Below are positions 30,110 to 44,577 of a stretch of DNA of 64,000 nt, in pieces (positions within the stretch are counted from its first letter, which is position 1; each line of letters begins with the position of its first letter). This stretch comes from the human T2T-CHM13v2.0 reference genome, Homo sapiens. The notes below the pieces were generated by a model that was not told the DNA's origin, searched no databases, and saw only the letters and a program-made list of their open reading frames with translations. The stretch lies in NCBI RefSeq assembly GCF_009914755.1, contig NC_060925.1. The stretch is one strand, 5' to 3'. A program made the translations under genes and the position numbers.

Positions 30110-32468
30110 TGTTCATTAGTTTTTAACCTATTAAAATTATTTATATTTTATAATATATAAATATTCCACTAAAAAAATAGAAAGAAGTAAAATAAAGAAT
30201 TTAGCTGTGAAGTCAATGTACTGGTTTTTATCAGGTCCAACACATTTACTCATACAAATAAAATGGGTAAAGAAGAATCTCATTTGTTCCTGACTGTAAC
30301 TATCATTCATTTGATGACATAATATAATTAATACTTAATAGCACATTTAATGCTTTTTAAATTTAAGAATATATTTACTTTTCATGGAAAAGCTTACATA
30401 TATATTTAAAAAATGAATTCGGTTAAAAAATCTTATTCTTTAAAGATAACATTTTATGATTGAAAACTCATATTACACTAATCTTCTGTTAATATAAGTT
30501 GTAGAATACTTAGTTATGTTGCATTTCATTGTATCCTAACGTGTTGCTATTTTCTTCTTCCATTGCTCACTTAATTATTCCCAGGAAGATGTGGAAAAGA
30601 AGGTAAAACTCAGAATTCATTAAATTTAAAAAGTAATAATAAATCTATCATTAGTGTTTAATCCCAAACCAGAAAATAATTTGGACATTTCTCTTATTTG
30701 GAAAGGGGAAAATATATTTCTGAATTGTTACCAGGCTTCTATTTGGAACTACATAACACTTGCAATGATTTCTATGCCACTGCAGTTTTGAAAATCATTC
30801 CCACAGATGTTGATCCCTACTTTTACAGTCATTTAAACCAAACTATATCTTTCTAATTTTCATATGCTGTCAACAAGCTGTGCTTTAGTGTAAATCCTTG
30901 CCAGAGCTTTTCCACCAGTAAATGGGGCAATTGGGATGGGGTTTTATTTTGAATGACAGTGTAACCCAAGAGCTTCACTAATTACACTGTAATATAAAGT
31001 AAATCTTTAATATACTGTCTTAAAGAATTAATATAGTATAAAGGAAAATGACTTTAAGGAAGACAACTTCATTTCATTCTGTGAGGCTCTGAAATCTGAT
31101 GTGCAATAAGCAGGCAGACAAACCATTAGAGAGCAAGTAGGAATGACATTCAAGCAAGCACTTCCACAGCCTCATCAAAAATGTGCTGAAACGACAATAG
31201 TGAATGTGTATCAGAAGTTTAATTTAGTCTCCTAAGTGACCTTGATTATTTGATTGTGTGGTATCTGAAAGAGTGTTTTTAAGTATATTTATGAATGCCT
31301 AAAGCAGAATATAGAAAAAGGAATACTCTTCAAACAGCTACCCTGAAGATTTCTTGGATTAGAAAGGAAAATAAAAAAGATCAGTTCAGATCATTAATAA
31401 TTCAACATCGTTATGATTTTAAAATCCCCTACAGTCAAAATCTTGACTTTTTTTTTTTTAGAAAATTATTATTAGGGAAAGCCCTAAGGCATTAGTGAAA
31501 TGTTTATAAGGACTGTTTATTTCATTTGTATTAAAATTGTACCCTTCCAGTACGCTCCACCTAATTTGCCTGGCAAATCCAGACTGTCCAGTACCTGCAT
31601 GTAGTAGATACATCTGTTACCGGTTTTTTTCTTACTTGCTGCCACACTGCTGGTTTTCTGATGCACACTAAGTGATGAGATAAAAACTAACTGTATATAA
31701 CATACACAAAAATCTTTTAATTTTTGAAATATTTTTTCTATTAATAAAACCATATCACCTAAATATTTTAATAATTTATTTTCAACATTTTTAATAAGAA
31801 TAAACCTCATGTAAAAAAACTCACAATTCCACAGATTTTTCATATTAAAAATTACGAGTACATCTCTTTCATTTATACCTCGAGTCTCTGAAAACAGGTG
31901 TTATCCTTTTTAATATACATATAATGGATATCATATAATAGAGTCTGCACTAATGTTTGAATATTCAGTTGTTTGTGTGCATTCTACATATGTACACATA
32001 GAAAATTGGAAAAATATCCTTAAATTGATATCCATGAACTTAGCTATGGATTAAAGTATCTTTGATAAACAGAAAAGATTCTATACCTAGATGAAGCACA
32101 CTATCTAGTGACGGCTCAGACAAATAAATTTAAAACTATGGATAGAGTGTGTTAAGTATTGTAATATGAACAAACATAGGGTGTTATGTGAAATAAGTGG
32201 GAATTTAACCCAGTCTTGAGGAATGAGTATAGATATCCCACAAGATAAACTGTTTACACTGAGCTCTGCAAAGATAATTATAATTAAATCCAGGAGTATT
32301 ATATGACTGTGGGCTTGACAGCAGGGTATGTTTATTATGGGAATGAACTTCTGGAAAGAGAGAATGTGTATGTTTAAGGATGCTAAAGTCATAAGAAATA
32401 ATTTTGTATGTGAGAACCCTACTAACATTTAATAATATGTAATTTTATTTATGGGTAAATTTATAAAT

Positions 32469-34777
32469 TGTCTTAGTCTTCTCTGTGCTGCTATAACAGA
32501 ATATCTGAGACTGGGTAATTTATAATGAATATAAATTTTTTGGCTCATTTTGGAGAACGGGAAGTCCAAGATCAAGAAGGGCCTTCTTGTTATATCATCC
32601 CATGTGAAATGGCAAACAGAGGGCAAGAGACAGCAAGAGATCCAAATTGCAGCCTCAGGCCCATTTACAATAGCCATTAATACATTCATGAGAGTTCCAC
32701 CCTTATGACCTAAACACTTCCCATCAGGGTCCACCTCCCAACATTGTTGCATTGGGGATTTAGTTTCCAACACATGCTTTTTGGGAGACACATCCAAACT
32801 ATGGCATTCTGTCTCTGGCCTCAAAATTCATGTAGTTCTCAAATGTAAAATGCATTCATTTCATCTCGAGACACTCAAAGTCTTAACTGTGATGGTTCCA
32901 GCACTACCTCAAAAGTCAAAAGTTTGAAGTCTCATCTTAAATCAGACATGGGTGAAACTCAAGGCATGGGTGAAACTCAAGGCTCACATCACAGTGAAGA
33001 AAATTCCTCTCCAGCTGTAAGCCTATGAAATTAAACAAGTTAGCTATTTAGAAAATAACTATGGTGGACCAGGTGTAGAATAGACATTTTCATTTCAAAA
33101 GGGAAAAAAAGAAAGAGGTAACAGTTTCTCAGTAACTACAAAACCCAACAGGAAAAGCAAAACTAACTCTTAAAGCTCCAGAATAATCTTCCTTGACTCC
33201 ATGTCTGGCCTTCTGGGCATACTGGAGTTGGGGCTAGGCCCCCAAAGACTCAGGCAGCCCCACCCCTACGCTTTGCTGAAGTCAGCCCATGCAGTAGCTC
33301 TGAAAGGTTGAAATATTGTGCCTGCAACGCTGGTAGCTCTACAATTCTGAGGTCTTGGAGGAGGCCTCACTCCCATAGCTTCACTAAGTATAACCCTAGT
33401 GAGGAGTCGCTGACATGGCTCTGCCACTGTGATAATTCTCTGTCTGAGACAACCTTGAAAATCTAGTTGGGGAAAGATATGCCTCCACAGGAACATTCTT
33501 CCGTCTTTCAGAATTAGCCCCATGTCAACACTGTTAAGGTTTACTGCTTAAATCTTCTGGAATGGTGGCCCCAGCCATATTGGGCTGGCTTGAGTCATCG
33601 CTGTGGTGGCCAAAGAGCACAAAATGCTCAAAGCATTGACTTGAGGTAGCACAGAGCAGCCAACGCTGGGATGCTGTGGGCACCTCTCTGGAAAACTTTC
33701 TGTCAAGATCCTAGCTTGCCTTAAACATCTCTGAAATGCTTTTGACGTAATTCTCCCTTTGGTTGGTTGAATAGAACATAGCTTTCATCATATTATCCAT
33801 ATTAATCTCTTTAACAAATGGTCTCTTGGAAACACATTTTGCATTTTCTCCTGAGTATGTATTTTTAATCTTTACTTGACCAGTCTGAGAGTTTTCCCAA
33901 CATTTTCACTTTGTTTTCTTTTTACTTATAAAGTCTGTCTTTAAGTAATTTCTCTCCTCTTGAATGTTACTAAACATGCCTAAACAAAGCCGCACAGTAC
34001 CCTGAGCACTTTACTGATTAGAAATTTCTTTCTCCAGAAATCCTAGTTTATTCCTCCTAAAATCTGTCTTTCATAAAGTCCTGGAGCATTTACACAATTC
34101 AGCCAAGCCCTCTGCAACAAAAAAGGCCTTTATTATAGGTTCCAGAAATATATTTCTGTTTTCCATCTGAGGTCTCATTTTCTACCAGCATTCTGATTAT
34201 GACAACTTACGTAATTTATAAGAAGTTTCAGACTTTCCCTAAAGCTCTTCTTCTGAGCTCTCACCAGAATTGCCCTTAATGCTTTGTTTACAACAATTTA
34301 GACATTTTTCTAGCCTGCTCCTCCAATTATTCCAGGCACTACCCATTACCCACTTCCAAAGCCACTTCTACATTTTCAGGTATTTGTTGTAAAAATAGCC
34401 CAACTTTTTGGTACCAATTTTCTGTCTTTGTCCATTTTTTGTTGCTATAGCAGAATATCTGAGATTGTATAATTTATAATACACAGAAATTTATTGGCTC
34501 ATGATTTTGGTGGCTTGTGAGTTCAAGATCAAAAGGCTGGCATCTGGTAAGGGCCTTCTTGATATGTCATTCTATGGCGGAAGGTCAAAGGGAGAGTGAA
34601 ATAAAGCAAGAGATCAAACTGGAAACCTCAGGTTATTTTATAATTGACATTAATCCATTCATGAGGACTCCACTCTCATGATTTAAATATGTCCCATTAG
34701 GTTTCTCCTCCCAACAATATTGCATTAAGAGTTGTTTCCAACACACGTTTTATGGAGGGCACAGTCAAATGACAGCA
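32469..34777 (-). mobile_element. MSTC/D-like MaLR provirus (LTR 32469-32806, internal 32807-34422, LTR 34423-34777)
   Basis: Two homologous LTRs flanking MaLR-int; GGTACCAATTTTC immediately before the second LTR. Confidence 0.9.
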
Positions 34778-37684
34778 CACACCTAAAAAAAGTATAGTGC
34801 CTTACTCAAATTCAGTAATTAAATATGGATGTAAATTAGTATACAGTAAGGGAGGAGAGGCTAAGGAGGTGACTTTTAACCTGAAGCTCATACAGATATA
34901 AAAGGCTTTAGGTCGTGTTTCTTCATCTAAAACTTGCTGGTAGCTCTCTTCACTTTTATCCTGTGCTGTGCTACTTTGTATAACTGTAGTTTTTCCTCCC
35001 AGATGATAAGCATTCTGAGGGTACAACCTGTATTTACTTCTTTTTTTCTGGCCTTTCTGCCCAGCTCAATGCAGCATAAGGATACATTTGAATAAGTAGG
35101 TGATTGCTTATAGGCAACTGCTTAGGGCATGTTTTTAATGAGATATTTCATATTTTAAAATAAAGCGTATTATAAAATACATTTTCAAATAAAGCAGTTC
35201 CATTTTAAATTTCTAAATGTTTTGATAATAAATATTAGAAAGCTACTATTCTATGCTTTTTCCTCATTGTTTTTGTCACTTAATCCCAAGTTCTGCCTAA
35301 TTCAAAAGGATGAAGCATAGATCAACAGCACATCAGTGATAAATACTTCCAATACAATTTGCTTCCACATTAGATATTAGAATCTCTTTTACAGACACTT
35401 AATTTGGTACAATCCTCAGGCAAGTCTGGGCTCACAGCAATGACAGAGGTTCCGATTTGTTTTCCTGAGTCATCTACCCTTCCATCTCTGTATATTTTAG
35501 GACATAGGGCTTATAGCTGAGAGGAAGTAATCTAAATCTTTTGAAATACTCCTCTTATCTGTCAACATTCAGGGTATACACACAAATGAAAAACCACAAA
35601 TAATCACATATATCACAAAGTAATGCATAAAATGACAGTTTTGTAAAAATTGGTATTTAAGCAACCTTCAAATGAGGATCATGATGATTTCATTATATCC
35701 CTAGATCAGTATACACTCTTGACCTCCATGAGTAGGTGATGCATTTTTTATTTGCCTTATAAACACTTCATTATGTAAAATAAAATTAGAATTCTTGTTA
35801 AGTGTAAGCTATATGAATCCTTTAAAAATACATTAATGTATTTTGAAAATTTTTAATAAATAATTGGAATTTTCCAAATTAAAAGCTATTGAAAAACAAT
35901 TTAAAAGCTTTCGAAAGCAAAAGCAATTCTGGATTGTCTTTAAAAACACAGAAGTGATGTTTTTAAAGTTAGAATATCTTCAAATGCTTTTATTGTATAC
36001 AACTGACTGCAATTTTAAGTTACCTCAAGTTTTTCCACATTTTACTTAGCTTTTTAAATCACAAATAAAATATAAAAAAGCTGGCAGTAGAATGTTACAG
36101 AAAACAAACTTCCAGGAATTGCCCAGGAAATAGTAAAGATTCAGTCTAATTTCTCACAACTCATTATAATAAATATTGATGTTATGGATGCTAACATGAG
36201 ATTACCAAACTTCAGTCAATAAATATCTATTGCTCTTCAGTGCACTGTACATACTAAAGAGAATATTTTTATTTCCAGCAGTAAGCAACTCCTGAACTTA
36301 ACTGGCTTAGGGACCTCTTCTATAAACATTGCAGAAACCTGCAAACATGTCTATCATAATACCTACTATACTGCATTTGATTATGTTTTTCTCTATTCAT
36401 TTCCTTCTTGCCTGAAAGCTCCTTGAAGTGATAATAGAGTTTTATTACTTTTTTTTTAATATATAGTGCCCAGATAGTTTTAATCTATAGTGCCTAGACA
36501 ATGAGAGCTCAGGAAATGTTTGCTGCTGACATACAGGAATGAATTTTAAAAATCACATTTAGACATATACACTAAGAAAATTTGATTTATAGAATATTCC
36601 TGTGCTTCAAAGAAAAAGGCATTTTATTAATCTCTTATTTATCTGGCAATGTAATGTCATACTTTATTTCCCATCTTTGTATTAAGACTTTATCAACATA
36701 AAACCCTTAACAAAGATTTTGTTGCAACTGGAAATTTACTTGGTATTTTCTAAAATTTAAGTCAATGTATCACACCTTGAAGTCATACAATATCATAAGA
36801 AAATTTTAATGATGGATAATGCTTTTAATTACTATAGTCACTTTCAACATGACATTGATGATATTTTTATTTGCTTGTCTTCTGAATCTAATGTATGACC
36901 TAATAGTATGCCTCTGGATAGTTAAAAATATAACAAAGAGAAAATAAATGACTGAAAGTGATAATAATATTTTTAGTCATGTATTATTATTTTAAGGAAT
37001 GCATTTGATATTTATATATACCTGTTCATTACTGAATAAACTATAATTTATTATTTATTATTACCAAGGTAATACACCTTTGTTATAAAAAATGCTGAGC
37101 AATAAGAAGAAGAAAAAGTTTACTTAGAGTCCCCTGAAAAAAAGATACCCAGTGGCAAACATGGTAATTTTTCTTTCCCTCCTTTATCCATGTAAAGTTT
37201 TACATGGTTAAAGTCATAACACATGTATTTTAAAATAAAGCAAATATGTTCTGGTAATAATTTGTTTCTTCAGCAAATATTTTTTGGCACCTACTATGTG
37301 CTATGTACTCTTCTGGGTACTTGGGATATATCAATGAACAAAATAGAAAATATTATTGCCCATGTGCATCTAAAGCTCTGGGACCTACAAATATAAATAA
37401 AAATAAATAAGGAAATTGCATAGTATGTTAGAATATTCTATCAAAAACGAAAGCAGGGAAAGAGAATAGGAGATCAAGGAAGGAGTCTAAGATATAAATA
37501 TAGTCAGATAAAACATGACTGAGAAGGCTAGTTTTGAAAATGGCTCCGAAGTAAGTAATAGAATGAATCCCAGAGAAATTTAGAGTAGAAGACCAATGAC
37601 TGTGATGAAACAAAAACAGAAAGTTATTGTGGTTGAAGCAGAGGAAACATGGGAGATTATACTGAAAATAAAATACAGTGAGAC

Positions 37685-40600
37685 TGTATTAATCCATTCT
37701 CATGCTGCTAATGAAGACATATCTGAGAACGCCTAATTTATAAAGAGGAGGCGGTTTAATAGACTCACAGTTTCACATGGCTGGGAAAGCCTCACAATCA
37801 CAGGGGAAGGTGAAGGAGGAGCAAAGGCATATTTGACAAGGCAGCAAGGAAGAGAGCATGAGCAAAAGGGAAAAAGTCCCTTATAAAACCATCAGATCTT
37901 GTGAGAACTCACTCACTATCATGAGAACAGTATGATGGTAACTGCCTCCATGATGAAATTACTTCCCACTGGATCCCTCCCATGACACATGGAGATCATG
38001 GGAACTACAGATAAAGATGAGATTTGGGTGGGGACATAACCAAATTATATCCTTCTACCTCTGGCCCCTCCCAAATCTTATGTCCTCACATATTAAAACA
38101 AAATCATGCCCTTCCAACAGTCCCCCAAAGTTTTGCCTCATTTTAGCATTACCTCATAAGTACAAGTCCAAAGTCTCACCTGAGACAAGGCAAGTCCTTT
38201 TTGCCAATGAGCCTGTAAAATTAAAAAAAAAAAAAAAGTTAGTTACTTCCTAGATACAATGGAGGTACAACCATTGGGTAAATACACCCATTAACAATGG
38301 GAGAAATTGGCCAAAACAAAGGGTCTACAGGACCCATGCAAATTCAAAATCTAACAAGGCAGTAATTAAATTTTAAAGCTCCAAAACAATCTCCTTTGAC
38401 TCCCTGTCTCACATCCAGGTCATGTGATACAAGAAGTGGGCTCTCACAGGCTTGAGCAGCTCTGCCCCCTGTGGCTTTGCAAGGCACAGCCCCTCTCCCA
38501 GCTGCTTTCACAGGCTAGCATTGAGTGTCTGCGGCTTTCTGAGGCACATGGGGCAAGCTGTTGGTGGATCTACCATTCTGGGATCTGGAGGACGGTGGCC
38601 CTCTCATAGCTCCACTAGGTGGCACCCCAGTAGGGACTCTGTGTGAGGGCTCCAACCAAGTCCCCAAACTGCAAAAAGCAGCAAGTCTCTGGGCACAGGC
38701 CATGAAACCATATTTTTCCTCCTGGGCCTCCTGGCTTGTGATGGGAGAGACTACCTTGAAGACCTATGAGATGCTCTGGAGACATTTTCCCCATTGTCTT
38801 AATAATTAACATTTGGATCCTCATTACTTATGCAAATGTTTGCAGCCAGCTTGAATTTCTCATCAGAAAAAAGACTGTTCTTTTCTATCATATCATCAGG
38901 CTGCAAATGTTCTGAACTTTTATGCTTTGCTTCCTTTGTTTTTAAATTATACTTTAAGTTCTGGGACACATGTGCAGAACATGCAGGTTTGTTACATAGG
39001 TATACATGTGCCATGGTGGTTTGTTTCACCCATCAACCCATCATCTACGTTAGGTATTTCTTCTAATGCTATCCCTCTACATGCTCCCTGCCCCCGGACA
39101 GGCCCCAGTATGTGATGTTCCCATCCCTGTGTCCATATGTTCTTATTGTTCAACTCCCATTTATGACTGAGAACATGTGGTGTTTGTTTTTCTGTTCCTG
39201 TGTTAGTTTGCTGAGAATGATGGTTTCCAGCTTCATCCATGTTCCTGAAAAGGACATGAACTCATTCTTTTTTTATGGCTGCATACTATTCCATGGTGTA
39301 TATGGGCCACATTTTCTGTATCCAGTCTAACATTGATGGGCATTTGGGTTGGTTCCAAGTCTTTGCTATTGTGAATAGTGCAGCAATAAACATATGTGTT
39401 TATGTGTCTTTATAGTAGAATTATTTATAATCCTTTGGGTATATACCCAGTAATGGGATTGCTGGGTCAAATTGTATTTTTGTTTCTAGATCCTTGAGGT
39501 ATTGCCACACTGTCTTCCACAATGGTTGAACTAATTTATGCTTTCACCAACAGTGTAAAAGCATTTCTATTTCTCCACATCCTCTCCAGCATCTGTGGTT
39601 TCCTGACTTTTTAATGATCACCATTCTAACTGGTGTGAAACGGTATCTCATTGTGGTTTTTATTTGCATTTCTCTAATGACTAGTGATGATGAGCTTTTT
39701 TCATATGTTTCTTGGCTGCATAAATGTCTTCTTTTGAAAAGTATCTGTTCATATCCATTGCCCACTTTCTGATGGGGTTGTTTTTTGCTTGCAAATTTGT
39801 TTAAGTTCCTTGTAGATTCTAGATATTAGCCCTTCGTCAGATGGATAGATGGCAAAAATTTTCTCCCATTCTCTAAGTTGCCTGTTCACTCTGATGGTAG
39901 TTTCTTTTGCTGTGCAGAAACTCTTTAGTTTCATTAGATCCCATTTGTCAATTTTGGCTTTTGTTGCCATTGCTTTTGGTGTTTTAGTCATGAAGTCTTT
40001 GCCCATGCCTACCTGACTTTATACTACAAGGCTACAGTAACCAAAACAGCATGGTACTGGAACCAAAACAGAGATATAGACCAATGGAACAGAACAGAGG
40101 CCTCAGAAATAATACCACACATCTACAGCCATTTGATCTTTGACAAACCTGAAAAAAAACAAGCACTGGGGAAAGGATTCCCTATTTAATAAATGGTGTT
40201 GGGAAAACTGCTTAGCCATATGCAGAAAACTGAAACTAGACCCCTTCCTTACACCTTATACAAAATTAACTCAAGATGGATTAAAGATTTAAACATAAGT
40301 CCTAAAACCATAAAAGCCATAGAAGAAAACCTAGGCAATACCATTCTGCCTCCCTTTTAAAGATAAGTTCCAATTTCAAACCATATATTTGTGAATGAAT
40401 AAAACTGAATGTTTTTAGGAGCACCTAAGTCACCTCTTGAAGGTTTTGCTGCTTAGAATTTTTTTCTGCCAGACACCCTAAATCATCTCTCCCAAGTTCA
40501 AATTTCCACAGATCTCTAGGGCAGGGGCAAAATACTGCCAGTCTCTTTGCTAAGCCATAGCAAGAATCACCTATACTCCAGTTTCCAATAACTTCCTTAT

Positions 40601-41199
40601 TTGCAAGACCACCTCAGCCTGAACTTCACTGTCCATATCACCGTCAGCATTTTGGTCAAAGCCATTCAACAAGTTTCTAGGAAGTTCCAAACTTCCCAGA
40701 TCTTCCTATCTTCCTGTCTTCTTCTGAGCTCCCCAAATTGTTTCAATCTCTGCCTGTTACCCAGTTCCAAAGTTGCTTTCACATTTGCGGGGTGTCTTTA
40801 CAGCTGTTCTTCACTACCTGGTACCAAGTATCTGTATTAGTCTGTTCTCATGCTGCTAATAAAAACATACTCAAGACTGGCTAATTTATAACGAAAAAGA
40901 GGTCTGATGGACCTACAGTTGCACATGGCTGGGGAGGCCTCACAATCATGGTAGAAGGCAAATGAGGAGCAAAGGCAGTTCTTACATAACAGCAGGCAAG
41001 AAAGCATGATAAAATAGAAAAAGTCTGTTATAAAACCATCAGATCTTGTGAGAACTCACACACTATCATGAGAACAGCATGAGGATAGCTGCCCCCATGA
41101 TGAAATTACCTTCCACTGGGTCCCTCCCATAACATGTGGGGATTATGGGAACTACAATTAAAGATGAGATTTGTGTGGGGATACAACCAAATCATATCA
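37685..41199 (-). mobile_element. THE1 (B/C-like) provirus (LTR 37685-38052, internal, LTR 40833-41199) with nested L1
   Basis: Two THE1 LTRs (CATGCTGCTAAT..GACATA, GGGAACTACA..AAGATGAGATTTG) flanking THE1-int. Confidence 0.93.
38935..40346 (-). mobile_element. 5'-inverted L1PA (L1PA6/7-like) inserted in THE1-int
   Basis: 38935-40011 antisense 3' UTR and ORF2; 40009-40346 sense ORF2; CTA microhomology at the junction; degenerate TSD TTTGCTTCCTTT/TCTGCCTCCCTTT. Confidence 0.95.
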
Positions 41200-41262
41200 G
41201 ACAAGAATGGTAGCAAAAAGTTCAGGTAGGTGGCCATAAAAATAATCCAGGTGAGAAATTAT

Positions 41263-42972
41263 TGATGGGGACAGGAGGCAGAAAAATTCTGGGCAGAATA
41301 ATGCAGGTACCCAGCAAGGGTCCCACCCTCAAGCCTAGAACCATGGCCCAAAGTGAGAACATGCATTCCTGTTTTCCTGTTCAAATGTTGCCTTTTCTAA
41401 AACCACCCTTAACCCACCCCACTGTTGCAGGAAGTCAGGGACCCCAAACGGAGGGCCCGGCTGGAGCTGCAGCAGAGGAATATAAATTGTGAAGATTTCA
41501 TTTTAATATGGACACATATCCATTCCCAAAATTAATACTTTTATAATTTCTTACACCTGTCTTTACTGCAATCTCTGAACATAAATTGTGAAGATCTCAT
41601 GGACATTTATCACTTCTCTAATAATACTCTTATTATTATGGACATGCAAGTAGGAGAGAGATCACTGAATTCTTTTCCCAGCAGGGAATATTAATAATTA
41701 ATACCCTGGGGAAGGAGCATTCCTCAGGGGAAGTCTATAAATGGCTGCTCTGGGAGTGTCTGCCTTATATGGTTGAGATAAGGACTGAAATACGCCCTGG
41801 TCTCCTGCAGTACCCTCAGGCTTCTTAGGGTGGGGAAAAGATCCCACCCTGGTAAATCTGAGGTCAGACCGGTTCTCTGCTCTCGAACCCTGTTTTCTGT
41901 TGTTTAAGATGTTTATCAATACAATACGTTCACAGCTGAACATAGACCCTCATCAGTAATTCTAATTTTGCCCTTTGCCTTGTGATCTTTATTGCCCTTT
42001 AAAGCATGTGATCTTTGTGACCTACTCCCTGTTCATACACCCCCTCCCCTTTTAAAGTCCTTCATAAAAATCTGCTGGTTTTGCGGCTCAGGTGGACGTC
42101 ACGGACCTACTGATATGTGATGTCACCCCCGGAGGCCCAGCTGTAAAATTCCTTTCTTTGTACCCTTTCTCTTTATTTCTCAGACGGGCCAACACTTTGG
42201 GAAAATAAAAAGAACCTATGTTGAAATATTGGGGGTGGGTTCCCCTAATACCCCACCCCCATTCTGTGCTCACACAAACCCCAAGCTTTGCCAGCAGAGC
42301 AGGAGAGGAGGAGAAGAGGAGAAGCAGCTAGACATCGGAGACTATGATTTGACATTGGACAGAAGCAGCTTGATGTTAGAGGAATGGTTTGATGGTATTG
42401 CTTCAGAGAGGAGTTCGTCCAGACTCCAGGGGAAGATCACCTGCCTATTCCACATTTTTTCCAGCACCCCTTCTGGCTGAGAGCCACTTCTATCAGCAAT
42501 AAAATCCTCTGCATTCATTAACTTTTCCTGGATGCCAAACAAGACCTCAGGTGCCATGGGTACAGATCCTAAAGGCTGCCACACTAACCCTCTGCTCCTG
42601 CTGATGGCAAGCAACCACCTCATGCAAAAAGGCAGAGGGCCCAATGAACTGTTTAATACTTAAGCTGTCCACAGATGGGAAAGTTAAAGAGCACTGTAAA
42701 ACACTCTTTGGGGCTTCAAGGGTCATGGGTACTCCCTGCTTGATGCTGCCATGGGGCCCGCACAGAGTTTTGCTTCTGTCAGCATCCAAAAGCACTTGCC
42801 CTGGCTCCTGCACCCACGCACCTGTGTGCTCTCTCTCTCATGAGAGGTTGAGGGCAATGGGTTGTAATCGGTGGAGTTTTGCTCTTTTGCAGGTGCCTAA
42901 GCAACCAGCTAGCTCCATCACCCACACTCCAGTTCCCCACTCACAAAGGGGTCGGATAAATTTCCCACTTTA
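41263..42972 (+). mobile_element. MER50-like ERV1 solo LTR split by MER11
   Basis: TGATGGGGACAGGAGGCAG...CCCACCCTCAAGCCT start; resumes at 42257; probable 4-bp TSD TTAT. Confidence 0.8.
41423..42250 (+). mobile_element. MER11 solo LTR (HERV-K11/HML-8), internally shortened
   Basis: TGTTGCAGGAAGTCAGGGACCCCAAACGGAGGG...GGGGGTGGGTTCCCCTAATA; repeated ATAAATTGTGAAGAT; perfect 6-bp TSD CCCCAC (41417-41422, 42251-42256). Confidence 0.93.
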
Positions 42973-43842
42973 TTATGTTTGTTTAAGTCAGAGGGGAAGC
43001 TGTGACAGTGGAAAGAACTAGTTGAATTCTGGATATATTTTGAAGATATAACTAGTAGAAAGCATTCACATTAAAAATAAGGTATGATCATGATAACCAT
43101 ATAGGATCACACTAAGATTTTGTCCCAAGTAACTAGAAAGATGAATTTGTCCTCACTGTAATGGGAATGATAAGAGGGATCATCAATTTGGGAAAAAAGT
43201 TCAGGTCACCAGTTCAAATATATTAATATAAGTTGTTTAATAGGAATTCACACATATCTTTATGTACTCAGGTGAACATATAAATTGGGAACTGTGGAGA
43301 GAGGTTAAGACTTCAGACTGAAACGTAGGAGTCCTTCACATGGGTGAGACTGGAAGAATTCTCCCAAGGAAGTAGTGCAGATAGGGAAGAGGTGTCCAGA
43401 GACTGAGCATAAAAGCTCACCCATGTTAGGAGACAGTAGTATACAAAAAAGAAGGCTAAACAAAAGTATCAAGGAAAAGTGGAATAAAATCTAGCTCTTT
43501 TGAAAGCCAAGTGAAGAAAGAGAACAGAGTGATCAACTATATCAAGCACTACTGAAGGGTCAGATTGGATGAGGCCTGAGAAATGAGCCTAGGTTTTAGA
43601 AACATGGATGTATCGGTTAGCAATAATAATTGTGGTTATGTTTAAGTAATAGGGATTAAAACCTAATTATAAGAAGTTTAAGGGAATATATAGGAAAAAT
43701 AACAGGAGATAATATGAGATATTTATTTAATTTTAGTAGATAAAGTTTTGTTGTCAAGGGAAGCAAAGGAATGAATGAAAAGTGGTGAAAAATGTGAGTG
43801 TAAGCCTTTCTCTTTGTATATTTAAATAAAACTGTTGAATAG

Positions 43843-44157
<315 letters not shown>

Positions 44158-44577
44158 AAAAGTTAGCCTCTTAGATCCTGATGGAAACGATCCAGTAGAG
44201 GGAAAAGTTATGATCCAGGAAAGTAAAATGATAATGACAGAGGAACTGACCTTGAATAAATAAGTAAGCACTTAGTACACAAGGAGAGAGCTTGGCCTTT
44301 AACAACAGCAAAGACAGTTCATCTTTGCTAACAGAAGTGAATATAGAAGGATACAACCATTGGTAAGTGTGCTGATATGGTGAGTGGAGCTTGAGATTCT
44401 CTCCTGATTGCTATTTCTTTTTTAGATGAAGTTGATATAATATAAAAGAAATCATCTTAAACAATTCAGTGGCATTTAGTAAATTTAATTTGGTGCAATA
44501 ATCACCTCTACTTGGGAACCCTAACTAATACAACACCTAATACTATGGATATGATAAAAAAAAAGAACAAATGTTGG

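Noticed and set aside
30584-30602. Possible 19-nt purine-rich micro-exon (CCCAG|GAAGATGTGGAAAAGAAAG|GTAAAA)
   Set aside because: Not frame-preserving, weak donor, no partner exons; expected by chance.
37950-41108. DUX4 sites in the THE1 LTRs
   Set aside because: Both LTRs read TGATGAAATTA rather than TGATTCAATTA, so the core is broken.
41478-41615. Spaced direct repeats (ATAAATTGTGAAGAT) resembling a CRISPR-like array
   Set aside because: Intrinsic MER11 U3 repeats in eukaryotic DNA; only two copies.
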